From positions 3,224,001 to 3,288,000 of the forward strand of contig CAKKNE010000002.1 in the NCBI GenBank assembly GCA_918797485.1: 64,000 nucleotides of DNA. The letters are read 5' to 3'. Every line of letters starts with the position of its first letter. The first letter of the stretch is position 1. Below are positions 51,754 to 60,335 of the stretch, in pieces. The notes beneath the pieces are model-generated. The model saw only the letters and a program-made list of their open reading frames with translations, searched no databases and was not told where the DNA came from. Position numbers and translations under genes: made by a program. Source of the stretch: Pelagomonas calceolata. Its lineage: Eukaryota.

Positions 51754-52321
51754 CTTGTGCTACGGCAAGCGTACCAGACCACTGCTATAATTGCTGCGCG
51801 TCACGTGTCGCAAACGTCGCGTTTACGCAGCGCTGCAGCAAAGCGATGGCTTTTGACTGTGCTGGCTACGCAACAGATTGCGAGAAACGCAGCAGTGCGA
51901 GGAGTAACGCAGCGAGCAGTAAGCCGCGAGCAACGAGCTTCCAGTGATTCGCACTCAGTGAGCCAATCTCGTCGGCTTGACGCAAAACGTAGGCATTATT
52001 AGCGCAACACACATACTAGGAATTGCTCGACAGCCGTCGTCTGGAGCAGCAGCCATATCTGAGGCGTGACCGCCTCGTAGCGATCACAGCGATCGCAGCA
52101 ATCGGCTTGCGCCAGCTCTGCCTCCCGCGGTTGCCTGCGCCAAAGCTCTCACGAGGCTGCTGGTGCACCTGGCGCCAGCATCGCGCGGCCGCATACGCCG
52201 TCGCCGCGCCGCATATATATATAGACAGGGCGTAGCTCCCGAGCTGTGCTCACTCTTTGGACGCCCGCACGCAAATTTCTCTCCGTCGCCGCCGCGACGC
52301 CCGCGACACAGCGGCGGCGCC

Positions 52322-52507
52322 ATGGGCCAAAAGGGCAAGTCCGTGCTCCTGCGCCTCGTGAGCGAGGCCGGCACGGGCTTCTTCTACACTACAAGGAAAA
52401 ATCCGGTCAAAACCCCCCACAAGCTCGCGTTCGTGAAATACGACCCCGTCGTCCGCCGCCGCGTACTCTTCACGGAGAAGAAGATGCCCTCGGGGAAGAA
52501 GCGATAA
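52322..52507 (+). CDS. MRPL33: mitochondrial ribosomal protein bL33
   Basis: LVSEAGTGFFYTTRKN, KYDPVVR..VLF.E. Confidence 0.92.
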   Translation: MGQKGKSVLLRLVSEAGTGFFYTTRKNPVKTPHKLAFVKYDPVVRRRVLFTEKKMPSGKKR

Positions 52508-52531
52508 CGATGATGTTTTAACTTAGTGCCC

Positions 52532-53401
52532 TTAGAGGGAGCGCGAGGTCATCGCCTCGAAGGAGTAGACGCGCGGGAGCGGGTCGATCTGGACGGAGTC
52601 GAGGCGCTGGAGCGGCGAGCCGGCGCCGACGACGGCCGAGGCGGTCGAGGCATAATAGTCTTGCGGCGGCGAGGACGGCGGCGTCGTGGACCAGGAGTCC
52701 GCCGGCGAGGCCGGCGACATGCGCGGGCGGAAGGCCGCCGCCGCAGTCGTTGCGTAGTAGTCGAAGGCCCGCGGGCATCTCACGTGGGCATAGCCGCGGC
52801 CGACGCGCACGCGCGGCTCATTGCTCCAGACTGAGTCGCCGCAGCGCGCGCACGCCCCTTTGCACATCGACACGGGGCGCCGGCCGGCCGCGACGAAGAC
52901 CGGCGTCGTCGGTGGCGGTGTTTGAGGCGGGGAAGACGGCGGCGTCGTGGACCAGGAGTCCGCCGGCGAGGTGAGGCCGCCGAAGCGAGGGCGATCGCGA
53001 CACGTCGATCGCGGCGGCGTCGAGGCCGCCGACGAGAGCGACGAGAGCGACGCTTGCGAATCGCCGCGCTCGTCGAAGTCGCCGACGGCCCAGACGTCGA
53101 CCGGCGACTCGCGCGGCGGCGTCGGCTGGACCGTGGCCTTACGCGGCGTCCCGTCCTCCGACGACGACAGCTCTGAATCGACCTCGAGTGGCGCGAAGGA
53201 CTGGTACGGGTCCGCCGTGTAGTAGTCGTCGCGCGTCCAGCGGTCGGGCCCCGCGGCGCCGACGGTAGCGATCTTCTTGGGCGCTTGCGCGGCGCGTTTC
53301 AGGTTCGGCGGCGGCGGCGGCGCGTAGTGCTCCTCCCAGTCGGCGTCGTAGTCACCGCCGCCGGCGACGCGCGCGTATGTTGAGTCCCTGGGCGTGCGCA
53401 T
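52532..53401 (-). CDS. Ser/Pro-rich protein with one LIM-like Zn knuckle
   Basis: CARC...YAHVRC, flanked by a duplicated SPADSWSTTPPSSPPQ. Confidence 0.55.
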   Translation of the reverse strand: MRTPRDSTYARVAGGGDYDADWEEHYAPPPPPNLKRAAQAPKKIATVGAAGPDRWTRDDYYTADPYQSFAPLEVDSELSSSEDGTPRKATVQPTPPRESPVDVWAVGDFDERGDSQASLSSLSSAASTPPRSTCRDRPRFGGLTSPADSWSTTPPSSPPQTPPPTTPVFVAAGRRPVSMCKGACARCGDSVWSNEPRVRVGRGYAHVRCPRAFDYYATTAAAAFRPRMSPASPADSWSTTPPSSPPQDYYASTASAVVGAGSPLQRLDSVQIDPLPRVYSFEAMTSRSL

Positions 53402-53555
53402 GAGAAGCAATTTAAACTGCAAAGCCTGAGAGCCACACGCCGCCGTTACGGTTCTCCCGCGTTAACTTGTGAAGTTTAGGACGCGACGTGCGTAATTTTA
53501 GCGGGCGAGATGCAAGTAAGCCTGGACTACTTTCAATTTTCACTAAATCCTCGCA

Positions 53556-53577
53556 GCTAGCGGTAGTAAGACACTAG
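53556..53577. promoter_or_regulatory. CTAG-bipartite intergenic motif, copy 14
   Basis: GCTAGCGGTAGTAAGACACTAG, between divergent genes. Confidence 0.6.
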
Positions 53578-53639
53578 CAAGAAAAATTCTCCTTCCACTC
53601 TGCCCCAGGACGAGAAGGCAGCCCAAACACGACGAAATC

Positions 53640-53904
53640 ATGGGCAAAGGCGCCCACGGCGGACACCGGGGCGGCCACCGGGGCCACCATGGGTTCCACG
53701 GCCGCGGCCACGGCGGCGGGCCCTTCGGCCCCCTGGGGCTGCTCTGCGAGATGATCTGCCTCTGTGGCCGCCCGCGCGGCACGAATCATTCGAAGCACTC
53801 GCGTCGGCAGCGCCACCACCGGCGGATGCAAACGTTCGCCGCAGACGAGAGCATCGATCGAGCGTCGATTCCCACGCAGGCGGCCTCTGCGCGACGCTCT
53901 TCGG

Positions 53905-53941
<37 letters not shown>

Positions 53942-54004
53942 TACGGCCAGGCGCCGGTCGCGCAGAACCCCATGTACCAGGCGCCGCCGCCCTACAACGG
54001 CTAG
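53640..54004 (+). CDS. small Gly/His-rich, Cys-hydrophobic, Pro-rich protein (82 aa); intron 53764-53879
   Basis: Splicing GT...CCCACGCAG gives MGKGAHGGHRGGHRGHHGFHGRGHGGGPFGPLGLLCEMICLCGLCATLFGS(P)nAYGQAPVAQNPMYQAPPPYNG*. Confidence 0.65.
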
Positions 54005-54205
54005 GGCGCGACGACGCTCCGGGGCGCGCGTAAGCGAGGCGTCGTACTAGTGGAGAGTCGTAACACGAAGGCTTAGCTTCGAAAGCGGCGGCGGCGCGGG
54101 AGACGACGGCGCGACGAATGTCGTCGGCGGGCCGGGCCAGGTTGGGGTTGTTGTTGGGATCGTAATCGTGGGGGCGGAACTAGAACACACAGAGCCGTCG
54201 CCGGC

Positions 54206-55340
54206 TCAGTCCAGGACCTTGAGCGGCATCGTCGCGACCGTGCCGTACTTCTCCGACGAGTACTTCTTCTTCACGGCCGCGAGCGAGCCCTTCGTCGAGT
54301 GGAGGACGCCGTGCATGTCCTTGAGGCAGGCGTGCAGGTCGCTCTCGGGGTACTGCGCGTAGTGGAGCAGCGTCGGGCTCCACGCGTTGCGGCCCAGGTT
54401 CTTGCGCGCGACGTAGACGGCGCACGCGGCGACCATCGAGGGCAGGTACTTGAGCATCGAGTACTCCTGGAGCATGCGCTCCGCGACGTAGGAGGCGAGC
54501 CAGACCATGCGCCGGTCCGCGTGGCCCGCCTTGAGGTAGCGCATCATGAAGCAGTGGACCTGCGCGCGTCGGAGCGGGTGGGCGCAGAGCCGTCGACGTC
54601 TCGCGTCGATGGCGGGCCGACGAAACACGTCGCGTCGGCGTCGTCATCTCACGTCCGCGGCGCCGCCACCGAAAAACGAACCTCGGACGCGGCGCGCGGA
54701 CGGAGGCGATCGTCATCTTGTATTTGAGCGCCTTGACCATCTTCTCCTCCATGCCGAGGATCTGCTCCTGCGTGTAGGCCTTGTCCGTGATGTAGACCAG
54801 GTCCTTGAGCTCCGGCGGGTAGATCTCCTCGTACTTGCTCGCGAGGAGCAGCGCCGACACGCCGACGAGCTGCAGGTTCGACCGCTCGACGGGCGACCCG
54901 AGCAGGTAGCGGTCGATGAGGTTCACCGTGAGGTACAGCGTCTCGGGCACGAGCTTGAACTTGAGGTGCACCTCGACCAGCCAGTCGATGAGGATCGCGC
55001 GCATCTTCTCGTTGATGTGCGCCTGCTGCCGCATGTACGTCGGGCTCACGCTCGTCTCCAGCTCCTTCTCCCGGAAGTGGACGTACCTGTGTTTGCGGCG
55101 GCGCGTGAGTGTGACGGCGGCGGGCGCCGCGGCGGCGAAGAAAAGCCGGTAAAAAACGGACGCGGCGGCGCGCATGTCATTCACGTACTCGGTGACGGCC
55201 TGGGGGTTCGAGGCGTCCCGCGCGTCGACATCGTCGGCCTTGCGCTCCGACTTGAGCGGCTTCTTGCCGGCGAGCGCGGCGACCGAGTCGCCCGCGTTGG
55301 TGATGTCGCCAAAAACTGCTCGGCTGGTTCTGGTCGCCAT
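54206..55340 (-). CDS. B-type cyclin; introns 55087-55173 and 54560-54701
   Basis: D-box RAVFGDITN; MRAILIDWL; LQLVG; ASKYEEIYPP. Confidence 0.93.
54560..54701 (-). other. 142-nt GT-AG intron, introner-related
   Basis: Joins KMTIAS to VHCFMMR; GTCC at both junctions; contains CGCCATCGACGCG. Confidence 0.8.
55087..55173 (-). other. 87-nt GC-AG intron (in-frame, stop-free)
   Basis: Removal gives the cyclin-typical EYVNDMYVHF; ends ACACAG. Confidence 0.75.
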
Positions 55341-56071
55341 GGTTGAGAGTGTGGCGGCGCGGCGGCTACTGTTTTCTCGTCGTGGGGCGCGGCCTTGTGC
55401 AAGCGCGGTACGAGCGAGACAGTTGCGTCTAGAGAAAAGCGGCGGCGGCGGCCTGCGGGGGGCGTCGAGTCGGCTGCGGTGGCCGCGTGGGTCGCCGCGG
55501 TGCGTGTGGCGGGTCCAGGAGGCCGCGCGGCGCGCGCAGCGGCGCGTCTCGGCCGCACGTTAGGCGTGCAGCGCAGCTGCGGTTTCGCGTTCGGCGCGGC
55601 GCGCGGGGGCGCGCAAAGCCTGCTCTGCGGCCCCTGACAGCCCGGGGGCGCAAGCAGCGAAGAAACTTGGGTGCGCTGGCATTTTACGGCGTCTGCGGCG
55701 ACTAATGGCGTGATCGCAAGCTGAGCAAAACGGCTTTAGCGGCGGGTATTGTGGGAACAGTTTTCTGCTGAACCCCTCTCGTTCTACGTGCAGGGAGCCC
55801 TCTGCAGGCCTGTATGAAGCCCAAGACGCGTTTCAGCACGCGGCGCCGAAAACCCGTGCAGCCCAGGCGCGACTTGCGCCGCTTATTAACGGGCTATTTG
55901 CCGCACGTGGCGCGTGCTGGAGACGTGCTAAGCGTTAATAATCACTCATAGGACGGCCAGCTCGAAAAGCAGACCAAAATAAGCCGAAATAGAGGCTGTA
56001 GAGTCGATAAACCATTTAGAGCGACAAAAAACGCTACGCGGCCGCGCCGGGACGAAAGGACCTAACCAACC

Positions 56072-57856
56072 ATGTCCTCGCTCCGCCTCGCCATCCTCGC
56101 GTCCATGCGCGAGGCGGGCATCACGAGCCCGCAGCAGGCGCCCTCGGCGTCGCCGCCGCGCAAGCGCAAGAGCCCGCAGCCCAAGAAGGACTCGCAGCCC
56201 AAGAAGAAGAGCCGCCCCGCCGCCTCGCCGCCGCCGCCCAAGAAGAGCCCCGCCAAGAAGGCCCGGCCGCCGCCGTCGTCCTCGTCGAGCGACGACGACG
56301 ACGACAGCAGCGACGACGAGCCCGTCGGCCTGCGGCCCGCGGCCAAGCTGCCGCGCGCGCCGTCGCTGCCGGACCTCAAGACGCCGAAAGCGCCCAAACC
56401 CAAGCCGACGCCCAAGCCCAAGCCGGCGCCGAAGCCGCGGCCGTCGCCCAAGCCCGAGGCGCCGCCGCGGACGCCGGGCTCGCCCGCGCCGCCCAAGAAG
56501 AAGAAGCCCCCGGTCAAGCGCAGCGTCTCGGCGCCCGTGCTCTCGCCGCCGCCTGCCGAGGCCCCAGCGGGCGGGCCGCGGCCGGGCCGGTCGGCGGCCA
56601 AGGAGGCGGCGCGGCGCATCGCGAGCCACGACTACCAGAGCCCCGAGGCCAAGGCCGCCGCCGCCCAGGCCGCGGCCCTGGCGGCCGAGAAGGAGCGGCG
56701 GCGGCCGCCGCGGCCGCCGCCGAAGCCGCGGACGCCCCAGGAGGACCAGAAGTGGGCGCAGTGCGACCGCTGCGGCACGTGGCGGCGGCTGCCGCCCCAC
56801 GTCGACGTCGACCGCCTGCCCGAGCGCTGGTTCTGCGAGATGAACGTCTGGGACGCGGCGCGCGCGCGCTGCGACGCGCCCGAGCCCGGCGCGACGACGC
56901 CCGAGGCGGCGGCGGCGCCGCTCGAGTCGCCGGGCGCGGAGCCGCAGTGGGTCCAGTGCGACGGCTGCCAGAAGTGGCGCCGCGTGCCCCATTACGTCGA
57001 CGTCGCTTCGTTGCCGGACCGCTGGTTCTGCGCCATGAACCGCTGGGACCCGCTCCGGAACTCGTGCGCCGCGCCCGAGGAGACCGCGGAGGAGCAGCTC
57101 GCTCCCAAAAAACGGCGCGGTCCGGCACCGGGCAAGCCCGCGCGGCGCGCGCCCGAGTCCGCCGGCGCGAAGCGGGGCCGGAACCAGTACACGGCGCGGC
57201 GCGACGCCGAGGAGCGCGCGCGCGCCGAGGCGCGCGCGGCGGGCCGGCCCTGGCCGCCGCCCGGCGGCTTCCGCTGGGAGCCCGCGCGGCCGTCTCCACA
57301 AAGGCCGCCGCGGAGCCCGCCGCGCGGGCCCGCCGCCGCCTCTTCTGCACAGCCGCGCGGCGGCGCGCCGTACCTCCAGGCCGCGCGGCCGCCCAAGCCC
57401 AAGCCGGTCTGGAACTGGGTCCAGTGCGAGCGCGCGGCCTGCCGGAAGTGGCGGCGTTTGCCCTTGTCGCTCAAGCCCGAGGCCCTGCCGGACGCCTGGG
57501 TCTGCTCGATGAACACGTGGGACCAGCGGTTCGCGTCGTGCGAGGCCGCCCAGGAGGACGAGGACGCGATCGACGACGGCCAGTCGGAAAAAAAGCTCAG
57601 CTTCCGCGAGATCATTTTCAACGCCGAGGGCAAGTACCGGCCGCCCTTCTCGGAGCGCTCCGCCGTGTCGTCGATCTTCGCCGTGGGCACGACGACGGTC
57701 AACGGGCGGACGCGCGACGTCGCGGCCTACGAGGACTCGCCCGTCTACGTCGACGCGCACGCCTTCCTGTCGCCCCTCCCGCGGCGGAGCTCCGCGGAGC
57801 AGCTCCAGCCGCTGCTGCCGCGGCGGTCGAGCGAGCCCGACCGGCTCGGGGCCTAG
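56072..57856 (+). CDS. protein with three zf-CW domains
   Basis: Three W.QC..C.(K/T)WR..P......LP..W.C..N.WD.....C repeats; UIM-like LRLAILASMRE at the N-terminus. Confidence 0.9.
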   Translation: MSSLRLAILASMREAGITSPQQAPSASPPRKRKSPQPKKDSQPKKKSRPAASPPPPKKSPAKKARPPPSSSSSDDDDDSSDDEPVGLRPAAKLPRAPSLPDLKTPKAPKPKPTPKPKPAPKPRPSPKPEAPPRTPGSPAPPKKKKPPVKRSVSAPVLSPPPAEAPAGGPRPGRSAAKEAARRIASHDYQSPEAKAAAAQAAALAAEKERRRPPRPPPKPRTPQEDQKWAQCDRCGTWRRLPPHVDVDRLPERWFCEMNVWDAARARCDAPEPGATTPEAAAAPLESPGAEPQWVQCDGCQKWRRVPHYVDVASLPDRWFCAMNRWDPLRNSCAAPEETAEEQLAPKKRRGPAPGKPARRAPESAGAKRGRNQYTARRDAEERARAEARAAGRPWPPPGGFRWEPARPSPQRPPRSPPRGPAAASSAQPRGGAPYLQAARPPKPKPVWNWVQCERAACRKWRRLPLSLKPEALPDAWVCSMNTWDQRFASCEAAQEDEDAIDDGQSEKKLSFREIIFNAEGKYRPPFSERSAVSSIFAVGTTTVNGRTRDVAAYEDSPVYVDAHAFLSPLPRRSSAEQLQPLLPRRSSEPDRLGA

Positions 57857-57936
57857 TTTTTTAGTGGAGTAATTTGTACTCGCACTACTACTAGTATCCG
57901 CCTCGATAGCGTAAAATAATCGAGGCCATGGGTTTC

Positions 57937-57957
57937 CTAGTGTGTCGATACGCTAGC
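57937..57957. promoter_or_regulatory. CTAG-bipartite intergenic motif, copy 15
   Basis: CTAGTGTGTCGATACGCTAGC. Confidence 0.55.
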
Positions 57958-58007
57958 TCGCTAGGTCTTGCGGCTCGCCAAAATACACCAGCGATTGAAG
58001 GTGCCTT

Positions 58008-59073
58008 CTACTGTCCATATAGTACATCATATACACTCCAGCCCAGTTTTCATACAAGTTCGACGGAACCGGAGCCGACGGCCCGCGCTCGGAGGGCGGG
58101 AGAAGAATTCTACTAGACAACTCTCGCGTTTATGTTCGTTTCCTTCCGTTTGTTGGTGGTAGAGTCCATCCAACCCGCATCAGCGCCCACTGAGCTATTT
58201 TAGATCTTCCGTTAGAGCCGCGCGGATCGGCGACTTCGGTCCCCCGCGTTTTCATGAAAATGGGCAAAAGACCTAGACCTGCGAGTATCAGCGACGACAC
58301 TATCCGGATGGACCATAACGCCGTTGTTCTATTCACGATCGACCGACTTGCCCGTTCTCCGCGGACGACGGTGCGTACGCGGGGCACTGGAAAGGCCCCA
58401 GACCCGTGAGTTGTAAAATAAATTTGCGTTTTAGGCGCTTCTGTTATGGGACGGGCCAGCTAACCGGGCTGAACACGCACTACATTCGATTAATTGTACC
58501 GTAGGCTCCCGGTGGCACGTCAGTATCCCGACCCCAACATCGATCGAATTTGGGCAAATTACTTGGACCTGCGACCATCAGCGCGTGTATCATCACCATG
58601 GACCATGACGCGATCATTTGTTGCATGAACGACCGACTTGCGCGGGGTCCAGATCAAGATGTTCACGTCCCGAGCGTAGGCAGCCAAAAGTACCCTTCTC
58701 GTGGTGTAGATGTCATATACTCGTAATTGACTATCGGTGGGGTAGTATGGGGTCCGACGAGAGCGCTACGGCGACTACTGGAGGGCCTCGGGTAATTGAC
58801 GTTTTTGACGGGAACGGGGCGCCATCGAGTGAGATGCCTGGCCAAGAGAATTGCCATATGTATATACCGAGGGAAGCCGCCACGCATGCGGCGTAGGCGA
58901 TTGCACATGTCTAGTAGCGATCCTAAAACGACCTCCGGGAGACCTCAGGACCACGAATTGACAGGATTCAGCCGGCGCGGCCGCCATGGCGGCGTCGTCA
59001 ATTTCGCGAATTAAAAAAATTATTTTTTTCGGCCCCCAGTAAGTGTCCCATTGATCTCTTTGGACCAGTAGGG
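58008..59073. mobile_element. possible old non-autonomous transposon remnant
   Basis: Lower-GC non-coding stretch; diverged ~90-bp direct repeat (58261, 58551); weak terminal inverted similarity. Confidence 0.35.
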
Positions 59074-59120
59074 AACTGAAGGCCACTCAAACAGCTGCAT
59101 GCCGCGTGCTTCAATGCGTC

Positions 59121-59144
59121 CTAGTGGTCTTACACGACGCTAGC
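59121..59144. promoter_or_regulatory. CTAG-bipartite intergenic motif, copy 16
   Basis: CTAGTGGTCTTACACGACGCTAGC, upstream of the carrier gene. Confidence 0.55.
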
Positions 59145-59310
59145 TAACTTTTGGAGCACGCGCTTTATTGAGAGCCAAGCTCCACTTGGCGAGAGCCTAC
59201 CAGTTGCAGCACGTCGCGAGACGTTTCGCAGTGATATTTGGCGCGGGCAACAGAATTACTGGAACTGACACGGACGCACAGCCGCTGAAGTCGCCCTACT
59301 CTCAACAAGC

Positions 59311-60312
59311 ATGTCAGCGGGCTCCGAGGGCGAGCTCGCGCTGCACGAGCGCATGGCGGCCGCCTCCGGCGGCGCGGCGCTCACGGCGCTCGCGGTGACG
59401 CCTTTCGACGTCGTCAAGACGCGCATGCAGCTCGCCGCCGAGGCGCCGCGCGGCGTGGGCGCGATGGCGACGTGCCCGAGCTGCGGCGTCTTCGTGCTGA
59501 ACAACGGGTTGATGGAGCACGTGCTCGAGAAGAAGGAGTGCTCCAACGTCTTCCCGCGGGGGAGGGTCGAGGCGGCGCCGTCGACGCTCCGGTCCATGAC
59601 GCTCGTCGCGCGCGCCGAGGGCGTGCGGGGCCTCTATGCGGGCCTGGGTCCTACATTAATCATGGCCGTGCCGAACACGGCCCTGTATTTCACGGCTTAC
59701 GATGAGTTGCGGAGAGTGGGGCCGGACCACTGGTCCGCTCCAATAATTTGCGGCGCGTCCGCTCGACTACTAGCGGCGACGGCCGTCGCGCCCTTTGAGC
59801 TCGCTAGGACGCAATTACAAGCACTGAGCGGCGCGAATCGGAGCGGCTACTTCTCGGTGTTGCGGGACAGCGTGCGGCAGCGAGGTCTGGGCACGCTCTG
59901 GCGGGGTCTCGCGCCGACGCTGTGGCGCGACGTGCCCTTCTCCGGGTTATACTGGGCGGGCTTCGAGAGCTTTCGACGGGCGCTGACGCCGACTTGGTAC
60001 CGGACCGCCGAGGACCCGTCGCTGTCCGCGCTGCGGTCGGCCGTCGCGGGCCTGGGCGCGGGCGCGCTCGCGGCGCTCCTCACGACGCCGGCCGACGTCG
60101 CGAAGACGCGGTTGCAAGTGGCGGCCTACGACGTGCCCGGCTCGAGCGTGCCCCGGGGCTCCACGGGGGCGCTCCTCGCGTCCATCGCGCGGACCGAGGG
60201 GCCCGCTTCACTGTTCGCCGGTGCGGGACCGCGCTTGTTGAAGGTGGCGCCGGCCTGCGCCATCATGATCGGCTCCTACGAGTACGCCAAGGCGCTGTTC
60301 CGGCCGCGGTGA
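59311..60312 (+). CDS. mitochondrial carrier, SLC25A39/40 (Mtm1)-like
   Basis: Three carrier motifs (PFDVVKTR, PFELARTQ, PADVAKTR); Cys-containing loop with NGLMEH; RDVPFS; KVAPACAIMI. Confidence 0.9.
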   Translation: MSAGSEGELALHERMAAASGGAALTALAVTPFDVVKTRMQLAAEAPRGVGAMATCPSCGVFVLNNGLMEHVLEKKECSNVFPRGRVEAAPSTLRSMTLVARAEGVRGLYAGLGPTLIMAVPNTALYFTAYDELRRVGPDHWSAPIICGASARLLAATAVAPFELARTQLQALSGANRSGYFSVLRDSVRQRGLGTLWRGLAPTLWRDVPFSGLYWAGFESFRRALTPTWYRTAEDPSLSALRSAVAGLGAGALAALLTTPADVAKTRLQVAAYDVPGSSVPRGSTGALLASIARTEGPASLFAGAGPRLLKVAPACAIMIGSYEYAKALFRPR

Positions 60313-60335
60313 CTTAAATGATATTGTGCTTAGGC

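Noticed and set aside
53907..53938. (GCC)n microsatellite
   Set aside because: Encodes the poly-Pro tract of the spliced microprotein.
1327..59144. CTAG motif copies as CRISPR repeats
   Set aside because: They are dispersed singly kilobases apart, with no spacer array and no cas genes, in a eukaryotic context.
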